Shown: piece after piece, positions 31,259-41,906 of the stretch
Numbering within the stretch: the first letter of the stretch is position 1
Layout of the letters: every line of letters starts with the position of its first letter
Assembly (NCBI GenBank): GCA_965213925.1
Contig: OZ243927.1
Coordinates: 2,400,001-2,464,000 of the forward strand
Length of the DNA stretch: 64,000 bases
Source: Trueperaceae bacterium
Lineage (GTDB): Bacteria > Deinococcota > Deinococci > Deinococcales > Trueperaceae
Reading direction: 5' to 3'
Notes under the pieces: model-generated
The model's database searches: none
What the model was told of the DNA's origin: nothing
Seen by the model: the letters and a program-made list of their open reading frames with translations, nothing else
Made by a program: the position numbers and the translations under genes

Positions 31259-31612
31259 TTATTTTGCGTGGAGGAACTCGAGCCGATTTCCGAACACGTC
31301 GTGCGTGTGAAAACGGCGCACGTTAGGAATATCGTCGCTCCATCGGAGAGAGAAGCCAGCGTCCTCTAACCTCTTCGCAAGTCCATCTAAATCTTCTACC
31401 CGAAAGGCGGGATGCGCTTTTTTAGCGGATGAGAAGGGCGTTTCGACGCCTAGATGAAGCTGATGTTCACCGACTTGAAACCAGACGCCGCCTTTAGACT
31501 TTAAGAGGTCGGGTTTCTCGAGTTCTTCTAACCCTAAGATTTCGCCGTAAAAGTAGCGAGCGTTGTTCTCTTCTCCTTGGGGCATGGCGAGTTGAACATG
31601 GTCGAGCGTCAT
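31259..31612 (-). CDS. VOC/glyoxalase family protein
   Basis: LDHVQL, QLHLG, HPAF, GNRLEF. Confidence 0.88.
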   Translation of the reverse strand: MTLDHVQLAMPQGEENNARYFYGEILGLEELEKPDLLKSKGGVWFQVGEHQLHLGVETPFSSAKKAHPAFRVEDLDGLAKRLEDAGFSLRWSDDIPNVRRFHTHDVFGNRLEFLHAK

Positions 31613-31681
31613 AAGTGCCTCCAGGCTCGAGTCTGTACCTCTTCTATATGATTTGAAAGCGTTAAAATCATTCTAAATGTA

Positions 31682-32673
31682 ACCTAAGTTCGGAGTTTCC
31701 AAATAGCATAAGCATCTCCTAGAATGAGGGTGTTGAAGGCTCAAAAAAGGAGATGCTTAGGACGAGTTTACTAGAATTGTTCTGCGAGGTGGATGACTTC
31801 TGCAGAGGCTTCGCGCTCTGGGCACATAAACAGCAGCTTGCTGAGAGTAGAAAGCGTGGTCCTAAGTGCCGCTTGAGCGTAAGCGAAGTGATGACGATCA
31901 TGATTCACTTTCACAGTTCAGGCTACCGAGATTTCAAGAGCCACTACCAGAAACACGTGTGCAAGCAGCTTAAAGGTGAGTTTCCAGCACTGGTATCGTA
32001 CTCGCGCTTTGTAGAACTGACCTCAGAGGTTTTGCTGCCGCTTTGCGCCTATCTGCGAGCGAGTATAGGTGAAGTAACAGGTATCAGCTTTGTAGATAGC
32101 ACGCATGTGGCAGTGCGCCACAACAAACGTATTGAACGCAACAAGGTCTTTGCAGGCTTAGCAGCGCGTGGCTGTACCGGCATGGGTTGGTTCTATGGTT
32201 TCGAGCTGCATCTCATCATCAACGATAAGGGTGAACTGCTCGCCGTCTATCTAACGCCTGGCGATACGGATGATCGCAAGCCGCTCGGTGTACTTACGCA
32301 AAACCTGTTCGGTAAGCTTTTCGGTGACAAGGGTTATCTCTCACAAGACCTCTTCGAAAAGTTCTTTGAGCAAGGCATAGAACTCATCACGACCATCCGC
32401 AAGAACATGAAAAGCGCGCTGAAGCTTGAGGACAAGATTCTCCTGCGCAAGCGGTTCATCACCGTTCGTCCAGCTTGACTGGATCGAAACGGTGAACGAT
32501 CAGCTCAAGAATATCTCGCAGATTGAGCACACCAGACACCGAAAGCCTGCTAACTTTGCTGTCAATCTCATCGCTGGACTCATCGCCTATCAGCACCAGC
32601 CCAAGAAGCCTTCGCTGAATCTGGGAGCTGACATTGACCCTCTCCCTGTCCTGATTTGACTTCGAACTTAGGT
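31682..32673 (+). mobile_element. IS982-family element, copy 2
   Basis: Same TIRs and same 22-nt insertion as copy 1; at least 2 substitutions relative to copy 1. Confidence 0.92.
31753..32659 (+). pseudogene. IS982 transposase with the frameshifting insertion
   Basis: As in copy 1. Confidence 0.85.
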
Positions 32674-32674
32674 T

Positions 32675-32836
32675 GAGTATGTTTATTTCGCTCAAGACGA
32701 AGAGAGGGACCCCTCAACCAACATTGTTAATCCGGGGATTGGGGGCAATGTCTATGAGCTTCTAGGGTTTGAGAATCAAGAGGTGAAAAACCGCTATACT
32801 CCCCGCCTCATTAACGAGCGTCAACTACGCTTGTAG
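32675..32836 (+). pseudogene. C-terminal part of the UPRTase-like gene begun at 4395
   Basis: EYVYFAQDEERDPSTNIVNPGIGGNVYELLG...RL*, in frame across the TGAGTA duplication. Confidence 0.85.
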
Positions 32837-32882
32837 TTCATCTCATTGCTCCCAAGCTAAAGTATGCTGTTTTCGCGTTTCT

Positions 32883-33851
32883 CTACCTCAACGTTTCCCA
32901 ATCCTCGACCCCCACAGGCTCGAGCGGGTCCTCATATCGAATCACGGAGCCTCGCATAGACGACTTCCAATCCTCCAACAACCTTAGCAGCGCCACATCC
33001 TTCTGCTTCGCCTCGAGCATCACATCATAAGGTTCATCGCCGCCAATTTGTTCTAGCGTGTCGGTCACTTGCAAAAAGTCGCCTAGCTCAATAAAGTCGG
33101 CGTGCGCCGTGGTGAAGTCTCTGGGTGAGGAGAGATGAAACTTGGGAATGCGCCCGTTCCATGTGTTCACGACGCGCTCCACAAGTTCAACAAGCCCTTC
33201 GTCCCACGTTTCATGCACAGGGTTGAGCTTGTGGTGAAAGAAGTCGAAGATGACGGGGAGTCCGACGCTTTCGCAGACGCTCAAGATATCTTCAGTGTGG
33301 AAGGTGCGGTCGTCGTTCTCTAGGGTCAGCTTACCTCTAGCAAGTGGTGAAAGGAGATTGATGTTTTCTTTCAACCTCTCGAGCGCTGTAACTTTGTCAC
33401 CATATGCACCTCCGGCGTGCAGCGTCATGGTGCCGCTTTCGGGGTCTACGGCTTCTAAAAAGGCGGCGTGGTACTCGAGTTCCCTCACCGACGCCCTCAC
33501 GACTGTCTCTTTAGGCGAGTTGAGCACGGTGTACTGTCCGGGGTGCATGGAGAGGCGCATGTGGTGCTGGCGTGTGAAGTCGCGGATGTGGGCGAGTTCT
33601 TTTTCGAAGCGTTCGCGCCAGTCGAATGGAAAGGCTTCGTGCGAGGCGAGCGGAATGATAGAGGAGCCGATGCGCAAGAAGTGGATGCCTTGCGAGAGGT
33701 TCCACTCGAGCATCTTGGTGAGCGTCGTCAAGTTCTCGCGGGCGACAGCTTCAGCCTTTTCGTCCGTGAGGTTAGCGAGCCGCACAGTTTTACCTGTTGT
33801 GTATTTCAGTGTGACATTGGTGCAGGGATAGCCTAAGTAGCGCAGTTTCAT
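32883..33851 (-). CDS. uvsE: UV damage endonuclease
   Basis: LGYPC, RLSMHPGQY, LEND, DFFHH, HADF, EAKQKD. Confidence 0.93.
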   Translation of the reverse strand: MKLRYLGYPCTNVTLKYTTGKTVRLANLTDEKAEAVARENLTTLTKMLEWNLSQGIHFLRIGSSIIPLASHEAFPFDWRERFEKELAHIRDFTRQHHMRLSMHPGQYTVLNSPKETVVRASVRELEYHAAFLEAVDPESGTMTLHAGGAYGDKVTALERLKENINLLSPLARGKLTLENDDRTFHTEDILSVCESVGLPVIFDFFHHKLNPVHETWDEGLVELVERVVNTWNGRIPKFHLSSPRDFTTAHADFIELGDFLQVTDTLEQIGGDEPYDVMLEAKQKDVALLRLLEDWKSSMRGSVIRYEDPLEPVGVEDWETLR

Positions 33852-33977
33852 CCCCTTACTTTAAGAGAAACAGGGAGAGCGCACCGTGAAGTGCACCGAG
33901 GCGACTGCTTTGGCGAATTAAGTCTACTATTTTGCCAAGTCACCACGACGTTTAGAAATGGTTCGTAAAAACTAGCG

Positions 33978-34007
33978 TTGACAAGCCTCGGAAAACTCGG
34001 GTATTAT
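33978..34007 (+). promoter_or_regulatory. sigma70 promoter of the tRNA operon
   Basis: TTGACA-N18-TATTAT. Confidence 0.7.
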
Positions 34008-34037
34008 GCACTTCGCTCACTCGGGTGAGCGCGACGT

Positions 34038-34113
34038 GGAGCCGTAGTGTAGCGGTTAGCATATCTGCCTGTCACGCAGAAGGTCGCGGGTTCAAATCCC
34101 GTCGGCTCCGCCA
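34038..34113 (+). tRNA. tRNA-Asp(GTC)
   Basis: Cloverleaf, anticodon loop ctGTCac, GGTTCAAATCC, CCA end. Confidence 0.96.
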
Positions 34114-34270
34114 ACAGGGAGGCATCACCTTCAAATAGAAAGTGATACCTTCATCTGAAAGAGCCTTAAATAGCAAGTAGCGCTCAGTTACCAATGAAAG
34201 CGACGGAGTCTACTTCGAAAGGTTTTTAGATTTCACAAGGTATTGTTCATTGCTGGATGATACCCACCTT

Positions 34271-34346
34271 GGCCAGATAGCTCAGTTGGTAGAGCATACG
34301 ACTGAAAATCGTAGTGTCGGCGGTTCAATCCCGCCTCTGGCCACCA
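34271..34346 (+). tRNA. tRNA-Phe(GAA)
   Basis: Cloverleaf, anticodon loop ctGAAaa, CCA end. Confidence 0.96.
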
Positions 34347-34405
34347 ACGCAACTAAGAGGTGTCATCTATCCTTACAATCCGTTTTGACAGATGATGCCT
34401 CGCTT

Positions 34406-34477
34406 GCCGATGTAGCTCAGCGGTAGAGCAGCCGATTCGTAATCGGCAGGTCGTCGGTTCAATTCCGACCATCGGCT
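34406..34477 (+). tRNA. tRNA-Thr(CGT), no encoded CCA
   Basis: Cloverleaf, anticodon loop ttCGTaa; discriminator followed by TCT. Confidence 0.93.
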
Positions 34478-34483
34478 TCTGAC

Positions 34484-34528
34484 AGGGACGACATTCTTAG
34501 AGTAAAAAGGTGTCGTCCTTCTCTTTTT
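34484..34528 (+). terminator. tRNA operon terminator
   Basis: agggacgaca...tgtcgtcctt followed by a T-rich tract. Confidence 0.65.
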
Positions 34529-34643
34529 GACCCCCAACTTGACCCCCGCGCTCTATGAACATTGAGAGCGACCTCTTTTATGTCCTGCTAACTGAAGCAC
34601 CTACAACTGACGCCACTCCTCTAAGCAAACGCTATAGTCGGGT

Positions 34644-35420
34644 ATGTCTACGCTGCTAACCGACGATCAGAACGCCGTTCGCGTTCTCACCCTCGACCGC
34701 CCCGACGTGCGCAACGCACTGAATAGCGACCTTATCCGCGCGTTACTAGAAGCGTTAGATGAAGCCGAGAGCGCGCAAGAGGTCCGTGCGATTGTTCTAA
34801 CCGGCAGCGGCAAAGCCTTCTGCGCCGGGCTCGACCTTGCTGACTTAAAGGCGATCAGCACGCGCTCCACGGAGGAGAACCGCCGCGACTCGGCACATTT
34901 AGCAACCCTACTCAAACGCATCTACACCTTTCCAAAACCTATCGTTGCGGCACTTAACGGTCACGCCGTCGCAGGCGGCGCGGGGCTCGCCTCGGTCTGC
35001 GATTTGGTGGTGATGAGTGAGGCGGCGAAGCTCGGGTATACAGAGGCGCGAATCGGATTCGTGGCGGCTTTAGTCGGGGTGTTTTTGGTACGGCAGGTGG
35101 GTGAGAAAGCGGCGAGGGACCTTCTTCTCTCTGCCCGCTTGGTAAGAGCCGAAGAAGCAGAAGAGATGGGGCTCGTCAACGAAATTTGCGCCGAAGAAGA
35201 GGTCATGACGCGGGCGCTAGCGCGGGCGGACGAACTCGCCCAGAACGCGCCGACCTCTTTGGCGATGACTAAGCAACTCCTTGCCGCCGTACCGAGCATG
35301 GGACTAGATGAGGGGCTTCGTTACGCGGTAGAGGTGAACGCTCTAGCCCGTACGACGGACGATTTGAAAGAGGGCGTCTCGGCGTTTTTAGAGAAGCGTG
35401 AGCCGCGTTGGAAGGCGTAA
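34644..35420 (+). CDS. Enoyl-CoA hydratase (methylglutaconyl-CoA hydratase-like)
   Basis: AFCAGLDL, GHAVAGGAG, TEARIG. Confidence 0.88.
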   Translation: MSTLLTDDQNAVRVLTLDRPDVRNALNSDLIRALLEALDEAESAQEVRAIVLTGSGKAFCAGLDLADLKAISTRSTEENRRDSAHLATLLKRIYTFPKPIVAALNGHAVAGGAGLASVCDLVVMSEAAKLGYTEARIGFVAALVGVFLVRQVGEKAARDLLLSARLVRAEEAEEMGLVNEICAEEEVMTRALARADELAQNAPTSLAMTKQLLAAVPSMGLDEGLRYAVEVNALARTTDDLKEGVSAFLEKREPRWKA

Positions 35421-35468
35421 GCAGCTCGGTTTCGGGCTGCACTAAGCGAACCTGCATTCATCGGCTGG

Positions 35469-35580
35469 TAGTGGCTCTATCTGGCATGACGCCAGTGTCA
35501 AAGCAAGGGGGTTCAATCCCTTGTTCATCGCATGGAGACGGCAGAAGGAGCGCGCGGCGGCATTCGACTTGGAACCACTA
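35469..35580. repeat. 112-bp structured element with TAGTGG..CCACTA ends (possible MITE or ncRNA)
   Basis: Terminal IR and two internal hairpins; no TSD, single copy in the window. Confidence 0.45.
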
Positions 35581-35709
35581 CCCATCGGCTAATGAGGGAA
35601 GAGGTCAAATCTCTACATCCATTCAGAATGACGCAGTCCTTTTACGAAAAACACCTGCACAACTAGCTGTGCAGGCGTTTGAATTCAGAATTGAATAGCG
35701 ACGTCGAAC

Positions 35710-37914
35710 TTAGACCATCGGCACGGGCTTCGCAAAGATGATCTCGTCGTCTTCAACTGTCACGATGATGCCCTCTTGCGTGCCGTGCGACAAAATCTCC
35801 AAGGACAGCGGGTCCTCGATGTATTCGCGCATCACAGCGCGTAGCGGACGGGCGCTTTCACCTTTGGGCAGCTTCGAGACGAGGAACGAAGCGACTTCTG
35901 CGCCGAACGTGACCTGAATATCGCGTCCCCCCAAGTCCTCGCGAATCTCGTCGAGCATCTGGTTGGTGATGTGAAGGACACCTTGCTCGTCGAAGGTCTC
36001 GAAGGAGATGACCTCGTCTAAGCGGTCTAAGAATTCGGGGCTGAAGATGCGTTTGAGAGGTCCTTGCACGTCTCTCGAGACCTCTTGAAAGCCTATTGAC
36101 TGTCCGACGTTAAAGCCCGTGTTTGAGGTCATGATGAGAATCACGCGGCGGAAGTCTACCGTACGACCCAAGCCGTCCGTCAAGCGTCCGTCATCTAAGA
36201 CCTGTAAGAAGGTGTTGTAGATGTCGGGGTGCGCCTTTTCAATCTCGTCTAGGAGCACGACCGAGAACGGTTGACGCCGCACGGCTTCGGTCAAGCGTCC
36301 GCCCTGCTCGTGACCGACGTAGCCTGGCGGTGCGCCGATGAGCTTCGAGGTCGAGTGCGCCTCTTGGTACTCGGACATGTCTAAACGGACTAGAGCACGC
36401 TCGCTACCGAAGAGTTGCAGGGCGAGCTGCTTGGCTAAAAAGGTCTTACCGACGCCTGAAGGTCCGACGAACAAGAACGACGCCGAGACGCGGGTGCGTC
36501 CGCCTAAGCCGACGCGGGCGCGGCGCAGGGCTGCGCCTAACGCGGCGATGGCTCTATCTTGCCCGACGACGTGAGTTTTCAGTTCCGTTTCGATGTTGGC
36601 GAGCTTCTCGTCGTCCTGCTCGTCGACGTAGATGCCGCCCCACGAGTTCACGACCGCTTCCACGTCGTCGCGGCTCACGATAGGCGTGCCGTCCTCTTCC
36701 TCTAAAATCGGGAAGCCCAACGACTTATTCAGGCGCGTTCGCGCCGCCGCCTCGTCGATGAGGTCGATGGCTTTGTCGGGGAAGTTGCGCCCCGGCAAGC
36801 TGCGCTCGCCGTAGCGCACCGAAATCTCTAAAATCTGCTCGGGGATAACGACGCCGTGGTGCGCTTCGTAACGTTCGCGGAGCCCGTGCATGATCTCCAA
36901 AGTCTCTTCGGGGGAGGGCTCTAAGACGATCACAGGCTGGAAGCGGCGCTCTAACGCGGCGTCCTTTTCGATGTAGCGGTGATACTCGCCCGTGGTGGTC
37001 GCGCCGATAACTTGCACTTCGCCTCTCGAGAGAGGCGGCTTCAAGATGTTCGCCGCGTCCAGCGTACCTTCTGCGCCACCCGCACCCACTAAGGTGTGAA
37101 GCTCGTCGATAAAGGCAACCACGCGAGCACTGCGCAGCTCTTCGATAATCTGGCGCAACCGCTCCTCGAACTCGCCCCGGTATTTCGTTCCGGCGACGAC
37201 GTTCGAAAGGTCGATGGATAAGACGCGCATGTTGCGCAAGTTGGGCGGTACGCGGCCTTCGATGACGGACTGCGCCAATCCCTCGACGATGGCGGTTTTG
37301 CCGACGCCCGGTTCACCGATCAGCACCGGGTTGTTTTTATTGCGGCGGCTCAGAATCTGGATGACGCGGCGAATCTCTTCGGTGCGTCCGATGACGGGGT
37401 CGAGCTTGCTCTCGCGCGCCTCTTTGGTGAGGTCGCGGGCGTATTCGTCCAAAAAGGGCGTGTTGACGGTTTCGGCTTGCCCTTTGGGGTCGGCGGCGGC
37501 GAGGATACGCCAGCGCACCGTGTCCACGTCTCGAGTGAGCTGCTGCAAGATACGGTACGCCACACCGTCGCCCTCGCGGATGATACCTAAGAGGATGTGC
37601 TCGGTGGCGATCACGTTCGAGCCTAGCGAGCGAGCTTCGGAGCCGGCGAGTTCCATCACGCGGCGCGCACGGGGGGTGATCGCGGCAGTTTCGTTGCGCG
37701 GCAAGCCGTCGCCGCGTCCGACCATCTCTTCGACTTGGCGGCGCAAACCTTCTAGCGTCGCGCCGAATTCACCTAAGACGCGGCTCGCCGTGCCGCCTTC
37801 ACGCATGAGCCCTAAGAGCAGATGCTCAGGACCAATCATGGCGTGACCTAATTTGGAGCCTTCTTCTCTAGCGAAGTGGAAGACCAACCTCGCGCGGTCG
37901 TCGTATCGGTTCAA
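35710..37914 (-). CDS. clpC: ATP-dependent Clp protease ATPase subunit
   Basis: Two Clp-N repeats, GEPGVGKT, GPSGVGKT, PGYVG. Confidence 0.93.
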   Translation of the reverse strand: MNRYDDRARLVFHFAREEGSKLGHAMIGPEHLLLGLMREGGTASRVLGEFGATLEGLRRQVEEMVGRGDGLPRNETAAITPRARRVMELAGSEARSLGSNVIATEHILLGIIREGDGVAYRILQQLTRDVDTVRWRILAAADPKGQAETVNTPFLDEYARDLTKEARESKLDPVIGRTEEIRRVIQILSRRNKNNPVLIGEPGVGKTAIVEGLAQSVIEGRVPPNLRNMRVLSIDLSNVVAGTKYRGEFEERLRQIIEELRSARVVAFIDELHTLVGAGGAEGTLDAANILKPPLSRGEVQVIGATTTGEYHRYIEKDAALERRFQPVIVLEPSPEETLEIMHGLRERYEAHHGVVIPEQILEISVRYGERSLPGRNFPDKAIDLIDEAAARTRLNKSLGFPILEEEDGTPIVSRDDVEAVVNSWGGIYVDEQDDEKLANIETELKTHVVGQDRAIAALGAALRRARVGLGGRTRVSASFLFVGPSGVGKTFLAKQLALQLFGSERALVRLDMSEYQEAHSTSKLIGAPPGYVGHEQGGRLTEAVRRQPFSVVLLDEIEKAHPDIYNTFLQVLDDGRLTDGLGRTVDFRRVILIMTSNTGFNVGQSIGFQEVSRDVQGPLKRIFSPEFLDRLDEVISFETFDEQGVLHITNQMLDEIREDLGGRDIQVTFGAEVASFLVSKLPKGESARPLRAVMREYIEDPLSLEILSHGTQEGIIVTVEDDEIIFAKPVPMV

Positions 37915-38247
37915 GTCCCTCTCCTTTACGCAGCCTCGGCGGACGCGCTTGCGCAGACCGGCGGGCAGAAAGAATATGGCGGGAGTGTAGAAGTCTTCAT
38001 AGTGTTATACTACGCGCTCAGCGGGCGACCTGAAAGGTCTTTCGTTACTTTCGGCGCGCCAAAGGTCCCTCACGCTTCGGTTACTTTTTTCACATCTGCT
38101 ACTAACTTGATGCTGACTGAGGTGGACATGACTGAATTTGAGGAACATATATTTAAGAGCAGCGTGAAGCTGAACGTGATAAAGGTTGCTATAGACTACA
38201 CGGATGACGTCTTCATAGACGCTATGTGCGGAAGGTAAGGAGTATCG

Positions 38248-39113
<866 letters not shown>

Positions 39114-39114
<1 letters not shown>

Positions 39115-41246
39115 TGGCGAGCCTGCTCTTTGAGATCGGCACGGAAGAGCTGCCGAGTTGGTACGTGCCGCGAGCTGAGGCGAGCCTCGGCAGGTTGATG
39201 CGGGAGCGGCTCACGCAAGCAGGTTTAGACTTCGGTGAGGTCCGCACCTACGCGACGCCACGCCGCGTCGCCGCGCTCGTGCAAGAGGTTGCCGATAAGA
39301 GCGAGGTGCGCACCGAGCTGCGGCGCGGACCCGCCGCCGAGGTCGCCTTCAACGACGAGGGGAACCCGAGTCGCGCGGCGCAAGGCTTCGCTAAGTCCAA
39401 CAGCATCGATCCGTCCGAACTCGTCACGAAAGAGACGGACAAGGGGCGTTACGTCTTCGCGGAGCGGCAACTCGGTGGCGAGGACGCGGCGGCGCTACTG
39501 CCGCCTCTTTTGGAGGGCATCGTCAAAGACTTTCCTGCGCCGCGCAAGATGCACTGGAGCGATGTGGAGACGCCCTTTTTACGCCCGATTGCGTGGCTCG
39601 TGGCGCTTTTAGATGAACAGGTTTTAGAGGTGTCTGTGGCAGGATTGCGGGCGGGGCGGGTCTCGAGGGGGCACCGCTTCCTAGCCTCCGGCGACGTTCA
39701 GCTCACTCACGCCGAAGATTACCTGGAAACGCTGCGCGACGCCTTCGTGATTGCGGATGTGGCGGCGCGGCAGAAAAAGACGTTGGAGGTGGCGCAAGAG
39801 GTCGCCGCACAGGACGACCTCACCCTTATCTACAATGACGACCTCTTAGAAGAGGTCAGCCATTTAGTCGAATACCCGACGCCGATTCTAGGCGCTTTCG
39901 ACGAGCGCTACTTAGAACTCCCCGAAGAGGTCCTGACGACCACCATGACGCACCACCAGAGCTTCTTCCCGACGCGGCGGGGCAACGGCTCGCTCGCCCC
40001 CGTGTTCGTCGGCGTGTCGAACAACCGCGTGCCGGACGCAGGCGTCGTGCGTAAAGGCTATGAGCACGTTTTAGATGGACGCCTGGGTGACGCTCGCTTC
40101 TTCTGGGACGCGGACCGAGAGAAGTCGCTGTCGCAGCATGCTTGGGGGCTTTCGGGTATCGGCATCCACCGGCAACTCGGCACGGTGGCGGACAAGGTGG
40201 CGCGGGTCGGCGTGAGCACGGGTGTGTTGGCGGAGCGCCTCCAATTCTCCGAGCGCGAGCGCGAGGTGTTGGACAAAGCCGTGCCCGTTTTCCGCGCCGA
40301 CTTAGCGACGCAGATGGTCGCGGAGCTGCCCGAATTGGAAGGGGTCATGGCGCGGGCGTACGCCACCGCCGACGGGTACAATTTGGAAGTTGCCACCGCC
40401 CTAGAGGACGGCGCACGCCCCGTCACCGCAGGCGGTCCGCTGCCCGAGTCGAACGTCGGCGCACTTTTAGCGGCGGCGGACCGCATGGACAAGCTCGTCG
40501 GTTTTTTCGAGGTCGAGCGGCGTCCTTCGGGTTCCGCCGACCCCTTCGGGCTGCGACGCGACGCGATTGCCGCCGCTCGTATCCTCAACGCACAAGGGTG
40601 GTTAGAGCCGCCGAACAGCTTCACCGAGGCGGCGGCGCAGGGGTACGACCCCAACCGAGACATCGGCGACGAGGTGCAAGCCGAAGTCATCGACTTTCTA
40701 TGGGACCGCGTCGCCGGGCTCCTAGCCGATGAGGGCATCCGCACGCAGTTCATCCGCGCCGCCGCCGCCGACAATCCGCCCGTGATTACCGCCTCGAGGC
40801 GCTGCCACCTGCTCCGCACGCTGAGCCGCGAGGAGGAGTTCGAGACGCTCCTCACGCTCTACAAACGCGCCGCGAACCTAGCGAGAGAACTCGACGAGAC
40901 CACCGACATCAACACGTCCCGCTTTGAAAGCGAGTACGAAGGACCGCTCTACGACGCGCTAATACCCGCCAGGGACGCCGTAAGTGAACTCATGGAGACA
41001 GTCGAAGAGGTCTTGACGCCCTGGGATTTGGGGCGCGGACCCGAACGGGAGCTGCCCGACTTGGACGACAAGGTCGCCCAGATCATCGCCCTTAAAACGC
41101 CCTTAGATGAATTTTTAGATAACGTCTACGTCAACGTAGACGACGTTCAATTACGCCGCAACCGCTTGACCTTGCTGAGCGAGGTGCGCGACGCCCTGAG
41201 ACCGTTGGGGCGGCTCGAGGCACTCGAAGGCATGGCAACGAGTTAA
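39114..41246 (+). CDS. glyS: Glycine-tRNA ligase beta subunit
   Basis: FEIGTEELP, TPRR, GSADPFGLRR. Confidence 0.96.
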
Positions 41247-41288
41247 ATGAATCTCTCTGGTGGTCACGGGAGGGTTAGAAACCCTCCC

Positions 41289-41876
41289 CTACGACCCTTT
41301 TGTTCTGCTCAGGAATCTGAAGGCGGCTTGTGACCACAGCTCGAGCCGCTCCTCCACCTCTTCGACCTCTTGCCATTTCACAAAGCCGCCCGCCAACTTG
41401 TGCGTCTCTCGCACAGCAACTTCTCCCTCGTTAGGGATTCTGGCGCGGTACAAGATACCTGTGTGAACGCGCTCAACGACGGTCTCAGCGCGGTGAATGA
41501 GTCCAACTGCTTCGGCGAAGAAGGCTCCTATATGCAACTCTTCGCGGAGTTCTCGAGCCAGCGCACCCTCGATAGGGTCTCGCGCGTTCGCATGGTCGAT
41601 GGGGTTGATGTGTCCGCCAAGCCCGAGCGACAAGCGGTTGTGCAGCCGCGCTTCGGAGCCCGCTTTGAGGCGTTCGACTAAAAAGATGCGGTTCTCCTGC
41701 AGGAGAACCGCATAGGGGATAATTTGACGGTAGGTCTCGTCCGTTTCTACACTATCCCTCGCTCTAAATTCGCCTTTTTCTGCAATAAGTTCGTAGAGCG
41801 CTTCGTCAAGCGGGAGAACGTCGGGGCTTGGTTCCGGCAGACGGTCAGCAGGTAGGCAAAAGACCTCTTCGGGCAT
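41289..41876 (-). CDS. NUDIX-like hydrolase
   Basis: QIIPY, SLGLGGHIN, RELREE. Confidence 0.8.
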   Translation of the reverse strand: MPEEVFCLPADRLPEPSPDVLPLDEALYELIAEKGEFRARDSVETDETYRQIIPYAVLLQENRIFLVERLKAGSEARLHNRLSLGLGGHINPIDHANARDPIEGALARELREELHIGAFFAEAVGLIHRAETVVERVHTGILYRARIPNEGEVAVRETHKLAGGFVKWQEVEEVEERLELWSQAAFRFLSRTKGS

Positions 41877-41906
41877 AGCCGCAACCTAACATGGGCGGTT
41901 GCCGCT

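Noticed and set aside
33852..33975. Radiation/desiccation response motif upstream of uvsE
   Set aside because: No convincing 17-bp palindrome found by eye
35500..35525. GGGGTTCAATCCC as part of a tRNA gene
   Set aside because: No acceptor, D or anticodon arms around it
37915..38247. T-box leader upstream of glyQ; ORF 37876-38238
   Set aside because: No T-box consensus or terminator seen; the region looks like a divergent promoter and the ORF has no recognisable features
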